Shown here one piece after another: positions 23,481 to 35,470 of a DNA stretch of 62,000 nt (the stretch's first letter is position 1; every line of letters starts with the position of its first letter). The stretch comes from Lama guanicoe (Eukaryota): contig MU053994.1 in assembly GCA_013239625.1 (NCBI GenBank), positions 1,801,775-1,863,774 of the forward strand. Reading direction: 5' to 3'. Under the pieces are notes generated by a model. That model saw only the letters and a list, made by a program, of their open reading frames with translations. It searched no databases and was not told where the DNA came from. The translations under genes were made by a program, and so were the position numbers.

Positions 23481-24207
23481 GGTGCACTGCTTCTCATAGA
23501 ATAACGCAATCTCTCATTGACAATCCAAAGCCAATGCTAAAAGCTGTGTTTTCCCCGCACTAATACATAGGTAAAAATAAACTTAAAAGGCAACGTTTTA
23601 TACAAATACATGTAGATAAAATAAAAAGGCTTCAAATAGAAGTGAGGACTCCAAACTACATAGCCTGGAGGCTGATGAAAGGCCACCGTAATGTTAACAG
23701 GCATTTGCCTGATAGTTACGAAGGTAATTTATACCCAGAACATTCCCACCCATGTGACAGAATGACCCTCCGTTTTACTACATGTTGTATTAATGTCAAT
23801 CAATATATGTTTGAGGGCTTTATACATTATGGATAATAATGCTGGAGCTTTGCAAACCATTCCTCTTGGGGGAGCTACACAAAATTCTACAGGAGAGAAC
23901 AGAGCAAAGCAACCAAGGTCTGAATGGCCGAGCTCTCCCTCTGGGTTCAGTGGACCTTAACCAGCTCAACTATGCAAATAAGACCAGAGCCAGCCCACCC
24001 CTGGGCTGAAAACAGGAAAGGCCCCCAGGGGTGAGGCCACGTGAAATGGGAAAACAGGGTCTGGATCTGTTCGTCAAGGAGGCTCAGTGGACAGGCGACT
24101 TACTCCTGGACCGTGATGCTGTGCCGAGGAAAGACGACCATGCAGATGGGCTGGGGTACGTCAGTTACTTTACACTCGGCTGTTGTTTTTTAAAATTGGA
24201 CATACTA

Positions 24208-24346
24208 GTTATATTAAGTCAATGGGGAGAATCTTTTCACAAGGTACACGTATAGCAAGTCATCACTTTGTATGCTTTAAATATCTTACAAACTTATTTG
24301 TTAATTATAGGTCAATGAAGATGAAAAATAAAATAATAAAATAAAG
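24208..24346 (+). mobile_element. Short 5'-truncated L1MB-like insertion with TSD, inside a MIR
   Basis: tttcacaaggtacacgtatagcaagtcatcactttgtatgctttaaatatcttaca plus an A-rich tail. 17-bp TSD taaaattggacatacta (24191-24207) / taaaatgggacatacta (24347-24363). Confidence 0.88.
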
Positions 24347-24444
24347 TAAAATGGGACATACTAATCACTGGTACTTGAGGTTGTTGAGAGGATTTGAAAG
24401 ATCTATATACTACCTATTCACTTTTGAAATTTTCTATTTCCCCT

Positions 24445-24835
24445 TGTCGTAAATTGAATCATTGGACCCAATTCTTCCCCTTTTCCTGCATCCACACCCT
24501 TTGTCATTGTAACTTTGTAGTCCATCGTGCTTTCTCAACTTGACTTTGAGCTTGGCCATATGACTTGGTTTGGTCAATAGAATGTTGCTGGAAGTGACAG
24601 TGGTCAGTCCTGAGCTTAAACTTAAAAGGTCTCACTTGTTTCTGCTTGCTTTCTTGTGCCTCTACTGTTACCTTTGGAGGCATTTGATGCCTCTTCTGCT
24701 GGACCACGGAGCATGAGAAACTTGTAGAGCAAATCTGGACCCAACCTGCCAGAGCCCAGCCTGGCTAATCCAAATGTTTATGATTGTGCCACTGAGCTTC
24801 TGTGGTTGCTTCTTACACAGCAGTAGCTGACTGAT
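24445..24835 (+). mobile_element. MLT1I-like solo LTR
   Basis: ttggccatatgacttggtttggtcaatagaatg, ccactgagcttctgtggtt and acacagcagtagctgactgat. Confidence 0.8.
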
Positions 24836-25419
24836 GATCCATGTGACTGAGCCAAGAGACTATAATGACAGGAAGATCAGGAGCTGGAAGGGAAGGAAAC
24901 CAGGCAGCTCACCTGTAGTTGATAAGCATCCAGAAAGCACATAGAGTGATACGATCTTGGAATAAAGAGATGCTGTGTGCTAAGAAACTCAAAGTAGCTT
25001 GCTAGAATTCTCTAGGAAATTCATACTCCACAAGCAGATATTTTATGTCTTTTTTAATGTTTACATTTCAGGATTTCTTTTTTTTCCCCTTGGTTTTTGT
25101 GGTGGCCTGCCCACTTTTCCAATGACGAGAGAGAAAGATCTGTGTCCACAATAGGCCTGGAGAAAAAGAGGAATTGTGAACTCCCCAGATCCAGGTGGAG
25201 TCATGGAAATGAATATAAAAACATAGCTGAGGAAAAGGCAGACGTTCAGGGAGAGAAAATGGTAACACGGGTAGCTTTTCTTGCCTAGAGTTGTTTCTCC
25301 TCAAAGATCTTCTTTCCTCCACTGAGGTGCTCAGCACTCTGTTAGGTTTAAGCATATAATTCTTGTATTCAACCAAAATTTACTTAGGTTTGAATTGAAG
25401 GCATAATTCAAAGTTGTTC

Positions 25420-25550
25420 CACTAGACCCTAAACTTCTTGAGTGTAAGAAAATCTCCTGTGCCTTGCACAGTGCCTGGCCCATATTATAAGGATGGATGG
25501 ATGGCTGGTTGAATGCATGGATGGATGGATGGATGGATGGATGAATCAAT
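25420..25550 (+). mobile_element. L2 3' end with expanded (GATG)n tail
   Basis: ctagaccctaaacttcttgag...gcacagtgcctggcccata, followed by an imperfect (ggat)n run at ~25491-25545. Confidence 0.75.
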
Positions 25551-27334
25551 ACTCACTTCTTGGAATTTGTGGAAGTGTAAACCCATACAGAATAGAGGCA
25601 TTTTCGCTTGGAGATAATCCTATTAAATAAAGACTTCATCTCAAGTTCTTGAAATCACTTTGTTATATTATAAGTGCTTGAATATCATTAACATCATTGC
25701 TATTATTAATAATATTTTGGCATTTTCTCCACTATCTAGTAACTAACAGAACTCATTTAAAACAAGTTCTCTGACATCTAGGACCTTGCTATGTAATGGA
25801 ATGTTAATGCAGTCTTTAAACTGCAACAGTATTCATACCTTTGTTTATATGTCATTTCTCAGTCTCATTAATTTCTAAACGCTGAAGTGTCGATGGGTAC
25901 AGGCATGTTATGGCTGAGGGCGTGAAGAACCAGATAGTTTCAGAAAACAGCTTCTCTGTCCCATGATGATAGAGTACACTGGAACCTCAGCTCATTCTCA
26001 GATTGGAGCCACTGGTCACGAAGAGGACATGCAGCTGGAAAACTCAGGCATTGGGAGCATCTGGGTGAAGGTGGCTGCCCATAGCCTCGCAGATCAGGGA
26101 CAGAGTATGTTTTTCCAGACTCCAGTTGCCTCTGAATATCGGCTCTTTCTGACCCACTCCTTATTTCTCTAATGCCCACTACTTCCTTCACCACCACGTG
26201 ATCCTGCCTCCAAGGCTCTGAACACCAGCACCTGCCCGATGTTCCTCCTGTCTGCCACCTGCCCTCCCCTGCCTGTCTCTCCCACCTTAACCGCAGCACC
26301 TGCCCCACCCAGGAGAGTCTCCTCCCTGACCCAGGGCCTCCCACCCGCAGCAAATGGAATTTTCAGGAGCTACTGATGGCCGCATCGCTAATGTGGCTGT
26401 GAAGAGTACCTGCAAATGTCGAGGCATTTATTTCTGTTCATTGATTTCAATTTGCTGTGCAGTCACTTCCTGGGCTCCCATTGGCCCAGGCGCTCGGAGC
26501 CCTCTTCAAGGCGCTGCCGAGAGGAAAGCTCGGGTTCCCGGGGCAGGACCGTCCTTTACCGCCCGGCAAGCCCCGAGCTCCTCCGAAGCAACTTCAATAT
26601 GTGGGCCAGCGCCGAGCAAATGGGAAAACAGTTTGAAGCCGCAGGCGTCTCCTGAATTAAATATTTACTCATTTCATGCCTCTCCCTCTGTCCACGGAGA
26701 ATCCAGCTCAAACTAAATAACAAAGGAGGTCAGGCTTGTGATCTGCACAAAAATACTTACCCTGCAATTACAGGAATATTGGGCTTTACAATTAATGCCA
26801 GGCCTGTGGAACTTGGAGCAAGGCCCAAAGAAAAGCAACAGAAATGATGAAGGGGCAGACAGATAAAGCTGGTAGGAAAAGCTAGAGGGGTGGGGCTTGT
26901 TTTGAATGGAAAAGACCTGGAGGGGGCCTTAATTACAGTCTTCAGTATAGTATATTCCTGAGCTGGAAAATGGACATGTGGGGCTCCCATTCCACCGGGG
27001 ACCCACTTAACCTCTCCCGTCAGGTCGGTCATCTCTGGTGTTCACATTTTTTGCTCTCAGATGCCGCAATAAAAACCTATAGAGCATTTACGCCATAATT
27101 GGGTTAAAATTATTTATTTTTAATTTACATCATTCTCCTGATAGGATCCTCATGAAGAAACATGCACAAAAATGGAAAATATTAAAGAGTGAGATCACAG
27201 AACTTTAAATAGACATACAAAACCATTCGTTCCACATCTCAACCTTGCCGTCACTCCCACTTTAAAGTCCACAGTCTGGACGGAAAATCTGCCCAGCCAT
27301 AAGGGACCTTGCCACGTCTTTCCTGTCCAGAACG

Positions 27335-27620
27335 GCGACGGTTTTCAACTGGGATCCCCAGAGGCAGAGCTGAAATGAGGAAATGGGGAAGCGAGACTGG
27401 GAAGTGGGTGGCGCCCAGTAAGATGCGACTTCCGGCAAGGTTCCCCCGCAGAAGATACCTCAGCCAGCAACTTCGGGGGCTCTGGAGGGTGAGTCGGACC
27501 TCAGAGCCTTCCTGACTGAAGGTAAGGGAGCTGGGTTTTCACATTCCCTCACTGCCAGTTACTGGTTAACTAACATACCCTGGGGGCTGGGGGAGCAGGC
27601 GTGATGCCCCTTCTCTGGCT
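27335..27620 (-). mobile_element. LTR33-like fragment
   Basis: tccccagaggcagagctgaaatgagga, gggggctctggag and aagggagctgggttttcaca. Confidence 0.6.
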
Positions 27621-28129
27621 CTCTGAGCAGGCAAAGTAGCTCCAGTCCCCCGGGGGCAATGCTCCAGAAAGAACCTCCAGTGCTGGCTGGAGAAAAGTTC
27701 ACTGCAGGGGTGGGGAGATGCAAGAACAAATGGTAAAAAATGTATGCAAGGAGATCTGGGGAATGCCGACACTGCACGGTGGTGACTAATTCATGGCATA
27801 CACTGTGCATCGCCTGCTCCCAGCTCAGTCTCATGCTCTCTCACGCAGGGGGATCCAGAAGCTCTCTTTACATAAGGCTGAGAGGGGTGAGGTGGTTTTC
27901 CCTGCCCGGCCCTGGAGTGTCAAAGAAGCACAACGAGGAGGGCAGTCACTGACCTGCGTGTGTGGCAACCCTCAGGAGACTGAGACCAAGGCGTCTCCTT
28001 TATAAAATGCCGACAAAGACAAAGTACTGCCCCAGAGGTGGTGATCGAGCAAGCTGGAGCAGAGTCTGTGCTTTCTAAAAGCATCGCTCTGGGCTTGGCT
28101 TGGCAGCAGGGACCTGCCACCCCCTGGAA

Positions 28130-28330
28130 ATTTGGGCCAAGGACCAAACGCCCCATTTGCCAGCTCCTGCTGTGGCCACGTGACCTTGGGGAGAGTTTGG
28201 CTTCTCTCTGTGCGGACATTTCTGCCTCTATTAAAATGAGGAGGACAGTGCTCGCTTCCTGCCTAATCCACAGAGAAATAGTCTGTTGCTAGAAAACTCA
28301 GAAGCCCTCGGAAGAAGGGAAATTACAAGT
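28130..28330 (+). mobile_element. MIR SINE
   Basis: ggccacgtgaccttgggga...ttctgcctctattaaaatgagga. Confidence 0.7.
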
Positions 28331-29084
28331 ACTTGCAGCCAGGACTGTATCATTTATGGCTCAGATGGGCAGGCAGGCAGCCACCCACAGCAGAGTGACC
28401 TGTTCTGTGTTTGCAGCTGTGTTCCGAGGGCCCAGAGCTCACCATGCGGCCACGTTCACAGAAACGAACAGCCGGGGCTCCCTGCTATGATGGTATCGCC
28501 CTCTGCCCTCTGCTCGTCCCATCTCAGAAATATCACCAGTAACATTTCACCATTCTTGCAGCAATCTTTCATGAAGAACTCTATTTCATCATCTGAGATG
28601 CTGTGGAATCAGTAGCGTGTGGATGTGGACTCGAAGGCCACTGGATTTCTGACTCACCAGACAATGATCACACTTCTATTTTTCTGCACCATCCACCTTT
28701 TAGATGGTGTTTATGTTTCATGTTAAATATAATTCTCTTTGGCTTCCCTGGCTGCCTGGGGCCTAGTTCTGCTCTGTCCTCGAGCAGCTCACCCGGGAGC
28801 TGCCTCTCCATGTGGCCTCTGGGGTCGATTCATTTTTCTCCCGATGCCTTAATGAGTGATGATTTCTCGAGACAATCAGATCGGCTGTGCGGGAGACTCA
28901 GCTCCATCATTACGACAGCCGGATACATCACAGGCACCATTTTTCAAACCCATGTTTTTCATCACACAGATATGACTTGATTAAACCTTTGTGATATTAC
29001 ATTGGGATATTTGAAAATAGCCTTTAGTGGCCAGCATGTGGGTCTCATTCCTGATCAATCTCTTACGGCTAGGGGAGGTACCTT

Positions 29085-29340
29085 TACATACGGGGCTTGA
29101 GAGCGAAGACTAAAGCAGGCTGCCTGGTCCAGGTCCAAATCTCAACTCTGTTACTTACTGCTGTGTACCTTTGGTCAAGTTATCAGCCTCTCTGGGCCTT
29201 CGTTCTCTTCTTGATAAACTAGAAATAATACTCATAATAAGATACTTACTTCATGGGATGGTCACCAGGGTGAGAGGAGATAATATGTATAAAGTGCTTG
29301 GCATTTAGTAAGAGCTATAGATTTTTATTATTATTATTGT
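29085..29340 (+). mobile_element. MIR SINE with (TTA)/(TTG) tail
   Basis: tccaaatctcaactctgttacttactgctgtgtacctttggtcaagtta...tataaagtgcttggc. Confidence 0.85.
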
Positions 29341-29359
29341 CTTTGTTGTTGTTGTTGTT

Positions 29360-29480
29360 TACTCCTCTCTACAGTCCTGTGAGGTGGAGTTAATTTATAG
29401 ATAAGGCAACTGATATTTGAGAAGGATTAAGTACCAAATTCTATGTTCAGAATTGAGGGTCTGTGCTCATGGCTGTTTTA
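29360..29480 (-). mobile_element. MIR fragment
   Basis: ctctctacagtcctgtgaggt...tttatagataaggcaactga. Confidence 0.6.
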
Positions 29481-29787
29481 CTTCAACGTTGGCCTTTGTG
29501 TGAAAGTCAATAAAGACGTTGCAGGGGAGGGGAACTCCACCCCCAGCCCCATCAACAAGCAAAAGGAGCAACTGAGACACACATTCAGTTAGTCAATCAG
29601 CAGTTGCTCAATCCTAGATTAAGCACCTACTGTGTGCCAGGTACTGGAGCCAGAGACACCACTAACTCCATACACCATGAGTGCCAGGGAAGACTCCTGT
29701 GCCAAGTGTTACGAGAAAATAGAGGTGTGAGGAAAAGGGGGAAGCAGGGCATCTGGTTAATATTGTTGGCTCCTCTGGCTCATGCCT

Positions 29788-30215
29788 TGTATCAGTCAGC
29801 TTTCTGGCAATGCTGCCGTATAACAAACCATCCCCAAGTCCTGATGGCTTACAGTAACAATCATTCATTTCTCTTCAGCTGCCACTCCAGGCAGCAGGTG
29901 GGTTCCAGGGCTGCCCCCTTGACTCTGCCTTCTGAGACCAGCAGCTACCAGCTCATGGTCTTCCCATAGGAACTAGCAGAAGAGCAAGAGGCCCACACAA
30001 ATCACACAAGTGTATTTAAAGCCTCTATGCATATCACTTTGCTGACTTCCCATTGGCCCAAACAAGTCACACAGCTGAGCAACATTAATGGCGCAGGCAG
30101 TACACCCTGCCTTACTCTGACACGGGGGCCTACAATGTCACATAGGTGCAGTTGTGGAATTCTCTTTTCAGGACAGAGTCAAGAACTGAAAGCAAGATTT
30201 CGGTCTACCATGAGT
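29788..30215 (-). mobile_element. MLT1J/I-like LTR
   Basis: tgtatcagtcagct...gtataacaaaccatccccaa and cccattggcccaaacaagtcac. Confidence 0.7.
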
Positions 30216-30239
30216 GCCACGAGCAAGGCCCAGAAAGCA

Positions 30240-30730
30240 AAATAATGCAAGTTATACAAGCACTAACAGCCACTCCACAAAACAGGGTGTGGCTACTATA
30301 TTTATTAGATGCGAGACAGAAACTCAATTCAAATTCCCTTTTGCTACATAGCTAGGAAGTCTGGGGTTTTATTGAATTCCAGTCTGACTATTTCCAAAGG
30401 CTCAAATGATGTTGTCAGCGTTCCATCCCTCTCTCTCCATCTTCCTGTCCTAATTTTCTGTGTTGGGGGAAGTTGGGCTTGTCAGCCTGAGGATTTTGTG
30501 ATCTTTACAGCTTGAAATCCCAGAGGAAGTGAGCGTCTCCTATAGCATCCACGTAACAAATCTCAGGGAAGTTGCCAATTGGCCCAGTTCGCCCCATCCA
30601 TGCATCCCTGAATCCGTTACTATCACAGAGCGAAGGGGAGAAAAATTGAACTATTAAACTCCCTTAGATCCAAAATGAGGGAGGAGAGCCTAGCGCATTT
30701 TAATTAAGAAGTAAAGAATGCTGTTCCAAT
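30240..30730 (-). mobile_element. Old MLT1 (K/L-like) LTR
   Basis: gcgagacagaaactcaattcaaa, ccaattggcccagtt and atccctgaatccgttact. Confidence 0.55.
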
Positions 30731-31544
30731 CGCTACAAAGCACAGGCTTTCTGAGCTCTCTCTGCCTCACCACCCTGGCTTTTCTCCATGGGTCAACGAG
30801 AACCAAGCCTAAAATGCCCTCTTGCACTTCTTATTCATTCAGCTCTTTAGCAGCAGGGGAAAAGCATCATATCAGAGCTTCCCAGAAGTGTTGTTACCTA
30901 ATGTTAAGTGTCTCAGCCCCTGTCTGATGCTCGTGAACGGGGCCAATCTGATATTTGCAATGTATTGTTGGACTCGTGTAAGAAAGGAACTTGATTTAGG
31001 AAGCAGCAGGGGCTGCCGCTGTGAGCTCTATGGAGTCCCCCCTCCCCACTCGCACCCACCCCCACTTGGTTTCTAGAATGTACAATTGTGAAGTGTAATC
31101 CCACGGTTTACAGGAAACACAAGTTCTCCTCCTTTGTCATTTAACCAACCCCAGGGAAGCATCCTGCCCTTTTCTGGGGCTTCCGTCTTTGGCCAAGGTT
31201 CCACAAAGCCTCAGGACCCTCCCGACAGGCATCCCATACTCATCTTATCAAACAAACAAAACTGCTTTATGTCCCTTGGCAGAGGTGTCTGTGACATAAC
31301 TCCGGAACAAATGCTCCTCTGGAATGCAGACCGCCTTCCATAGGGACTGCACTCTCCTCTGCTCGGATCATTTGTGAGGTATGAAACACATCCATATTCA
31401 ACATGGACTACAGCCTCTGCCTTCTCATCAGCATTCCGCCGGCTTGATGTGGGGAGACGAGAAATAGCCCTGAGAGGTCAAGAGGTTGGCAGCCAGTGGG
31501 TCACCGCAGCGTGATGGGTGCTGAGAAGGTCGATGCAGGGAGAC

Positions 31545-31870
31545 CCCTGAGTTCATCCACTTGGCAAATGTTTATGGACGGTGGACTGAAGCACAAGCCC
31601 CGGGGAGGGGACAGGACGCCTAGCCAAGGAGTGGGCTCTGCCCACAGGAAGTTCACGGTCTGGTGAGGGAGCGCGTTCCTTCCCAACACCCAGTAGAGAA
31701 TGATGCACAGGCCGGAAGTGGTAAAACACTAGGCGGGAGACAGAAGTCATTGGAAACAGTGGCTTCAGAGCCCTGAACGTTGTGTCCATGAAATCAGATC
31801 CTGGGCGAGGAATGGGTTCATCAAACTGGAAGGCATTGGGGAGAAATCTAGGAGCCGAAGGCCAAGGAGA
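31545..31870 (-). mobile_element. L2 fragment
   Basis: ttcatccacttggcaaatgtttatggac...ctctgcccacaggaagttcacggtctggtgagg. Confidence 0.6.
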
Positions 31871-31984
31871 TGGTGAGATGAGTCAGTGGGGCAGAGGGGT
31901 TCAGAACAGGCTCAAAACCCATTCAAAGTTTTCTCTCTCCAGCTGTCTATTTTTGTACCTCTATTGCATTTTGTCTTTTTCAAT

Positions 31985-32160
31985 ATTTCCCTCCCCTCTT
32001 GCCCCTCCTGCTCTTCCTCATCCTCTCCCTCCTCCCTCCCCTCCCCCAAGTTTGTCCTCTCTTTCCCTTCCTGAATTTCTCTTTTAGGTTCTTTTGGCTT
32101 TTGCTTTCCATTCTTTCCACCTATCTTTTCATCCTTCAATCTCTTTTTCCTCTCCTTCTG
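31985..32160. repeat. CT-rich low-complexity polypyrimidine tract
   Basis: Read directly from the sequence. Confidence 0.85.
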
Positions 32161-32439
32161 TATCTGACCAAACTCGACAAGGAACTGAAAAAAATGAAAA
32201 GTATCATCGTTTGGCAGGGGTTGGGGGAGGGGCTCTTTGCTTCAAAACCATTCTGCTTGATTTTTTATTTTAAAAAGTAAGAAGTGAAGCAGACTTTTAA
32301 AGGAAAAAAATAAACAAGACTCAGGTTACAGATTGTCATAAGCTGCCTTTGCATGTGGTCTTCGTCAGGTATTTATCTGTGTTCACTCTTATCCAAATAG
32401 ATAAAGAGGGGAAAACAGTGGGGGAAAGGTCAAATGATA

Positions 32440-33270
32440 CGGGTGAGCAATTCCTCGATAGGGAACCCTTAATGACTAACAAGAAGATGAAGAGATAATC
32501 AACCCCCTTAAGTGATTAGAGAAATGCAAATTAAAACAGTGCCCCCTTCATACCTGAGCCATTGGAAAAACTTACAAAATTGAGTAAAACCAAATGCTGT
32601 AAAAGATGGGGGGCAATGGGAGCTCTCATGCACTGCTGGTGGGACTGCAAAGTGAGAATGTCATTCTGGAGGATTATCCAGTGGTGCTTAGACGAATGAA
32701 ATCTGTGCCAACCCTATGACCTAGAAATCCCCCAGCTCTTTACCCCCAGAGAAACTCCTGTACTGGCTCAGGAGATTGTCCATCATAGCTGCATTTGCAG
32801 TGCTAGAGAGTGTGGGACAGCCTAGGCATCCGTCACAGCGGGAAAAGGAGAAGCAAGATGGGGTAGATGCATATGACATAGATACATCCAATGGTGGTGG
32901 GTACGTATGATGGAATTCCTTGTAGCAGTCAGTAGCAATGGACCACATTTACATACAACCCATGGACAGATCTTTAAGACACAGTGTTGAGTGAAAAAGG
33001 AACACGATCTATGGCTTTATGTTAAATTACTATTCTTATAAATTAAAAGCACATGTATGCCATGTATCATATAAAGCACAAAAAACACCATATAGCTTTC
33101 AAAGAATATACATTACAGTAAGTGCTGGACCTGGAGATACGATGGGGAAAGAATAATGGAGTAAGGATGGGGGTGGTAGGGAGAAATCACAAAAAAGTCA
33201 AACAAGAGGGGTCTATGCCTGGATCAACGAGGATGGCAGTGTGACATGATCTGTGGCATTTGATTAGCTC
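32440..33270 (+). mobile_element. L1ME-like ORF2 end and 3' UTR
   Basis: tgattagagaaatgcaaattaaaaca, ctctcatgcactgctggtgggactgcaaa and ccctatgacctagaaatccc. Confidence 0.85.
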
Positions 33271-33889
33271 AAATGTCTGCCTCTAAAGGCCAAGGGACAG
33301 AAAGACAAGAAGAAAGAGAGGAAGGGAAGGATGAAAGGAGAGGGGAAAGCAGACCCAGAAGGTCATCATCCTCAAGAAGAGCAGAGCAGGTATGGTAGAG
33401 CCTCTTTTTAAGAGGAGAAAAAGGAAGGTCAAAATGGAGGCATTGAAGCCTTCGCCCAAGGTCACGTGATGAAGAGGGCTTTGGGCCCAGGTCTTCTCTT
33501 TTCTGGTCCACGCTCTTCTCTCCGCCTCTTTCTTATAATGCAAGGAAGCAGTATGTTCTCAATGGCCCACATTTAAGCGTTGTGCCAGATAGCCAAGATG
33601 GTGGCCAAAAGGATGAAGGGAGAAGGACGGCCAGCGATGAGCCTTGGTCAGGTGGATGGGCACCCTGCTCTGAGCTGACCAGACTGTTGAGCAGTGGCTC
33701 AGAGGGGCTGGTAACCACCGCTAAGCCAAGGAGCAAGAATACCCAAGGCTTGAGTGTATACAGTCCCCATATCCTTGAGGGGAAAGTTGGGACCAACAGA
33801 GAATGTCTTAGGAGGGTTTCTTTGCCACTCTTTTTGCTGCTCTAGGTTATTCCAGATATTTCCTTTCATCCTAACTCAGCTTCATGTAA

Positions 33890-34420
33890 ATATGTATGCA
33901 ATCGGGCTGTCTTCAGTTGTAAAGAACAGAAACCCAACTCAAATGAACTGAAGGAAAAACAAAAAACAAAAAACACCAGGGTGGAGGTTATCTACTCATA
34001 TAACTGGCCAGTTCATGGACTATAGCCTACTTCAGGCATGGCTGGATCCAGAGTTTCAAGCTACGTCAAAGGAAAGCCTGTTTCACTGCGCACACGCGTG
34101 TGTGTCTGTCCGTCTGTTCCTCTCTCTCCTCCTCCCCAAATCTCCCTCTGTTTTCCTCAGTGTTGGCTTCATTCCGAGGCAGGATCTCACCTCTTTCCCA
34201 CCAAAGATAGCTGCTGGCTGGACCAGACTGAGAGTCGGCTCATTCAGCAGTACCACACATCAGCGTGTGTCTCTTCCCTTGTCGCACTAACAAAAGTTGC
34301 AGGAAGGGTTTTTACTGGTCTCTATTGTGTCATACGCCCAACCTGAACCGATCGTGGCAGCCAGGGGTACCCTGAGCTCTGATTGATGGCCTGCATCATA
34401 CGCCCACCCTCAGAGTGTGT
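33890..34420 (-). mobile_element. MLT1K/L-like LTR
   Basis: agttgtaaagaacagaaacccaactcaaa, cttcaggcatggctggatccaga and cctgaaccgatcgtggcagccaggg. Confidence 0.7.
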
Positions 34421-34469
34421 ATGGTGGGGGCGGTGAGGGGCAGGTGTGTTAACGTCAATATGGTCCAAA

Positions 34470-34740
34470 CTACAGGAATGTATACGTATATATCTATATG
34501 TTTTTGTTTGTGTATATATATCTGTGTATGACTTTGTACATATTTATTTCAGTTTAGTTAGTTTTACGCAGCTAATAAATGCACATGGCCCAAAATTCAA
34601 AAGGTGCAAATACATGGACAATGAAGATTCCCCTTCCCATCCTTCTCCCAGCCACCAGGTCACCTTTCTGTGGCAGCCAGTAGTGCTGGGGTCTTATCTC
34701 TCTGCACAGAGATGCTGTGCAGATAGACACACCAATCTGT
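34470..34740 (-). mobile_element. L1MC4/5-like 3' fragment
   Basis: taataaatgcacatggcccaaaattcaaaaggtgcaaa. Confidence 0.6.
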
Positions 34741-35299
34741 AAGCCATTCTGTGCCCCTCCCCCCTACACCCTCTGGACACCAATGGATGCTTTCCGTACT
34801 AGGGTTTGTGCCTCTGGGTGTGCATTTTATGGTGGCGGGGGAGCAGTTTGATCCTGGGGGAACCTTGCCTCAGCCACCCCCCTCCTCCCCCTCCCCGTCT
34901 ATACCCCTCCTCCACCGCTGAAAAGGCAGGGCAAGCCGGACTGGGATCTAGGGAGGCCTGGGAATGGTCACTCTCTGGGCTCCACAGAACTTCCTGCCAG
35001 CTGTCTCGGAGCCCTTTGCTTTGTGAGGAGCCTCCAGCCCCTGAGGGAGAAGTTACAAGGGCGTAAGGAAATGGGCAAGAGGGATTGACTGAGCAGGGTA
35101 GGGCTCTGGTGGGCAGAGCAGTGCAGGGGAGGGGAAAGGGGATGGGGTTGGGCTGGCCAAAGGTGATCACAGCCCCGACCTCGGCCTCTCTGGGAAACAA
35201 GACCCACCCCGAAGAGTGGCCTTCGTAATTGGTAGGACCCCTTACAACATATTCACAATAGGGGTTCGGCTTTGATGCTGTTTAAGTACCAACCTTCCA

Positions 35300-35470
35300 T
35301 AGGTGCTTTTCCAATACGAGCCCATTTAAATCTTACAACCATTCTATGAAGTAGGAAGCGGCCTGATTCCCTTTTCACAGGCGAGGAAATGAGCCTCAGC
35401 TGGGAGCACCGGGCAAGGCTGCAGACCGAGGACTGGGCTCCGGACCACTCAGCGTCCCTGGTCACCGCTG
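35300..35470 (-). mobile_element. MIR SINE
   Basis: catttaaatcttacaaccattctatgaagtagg...ttttcacaggcgaggaaatgagcctcag. Confidence 0.75.

Noticed and set aside
29085..29480. Adjacent inverted MIRs as a dsRNA source
   Set aside because: The copies are too diverged to pair extensively and there is no evidence of transcription.
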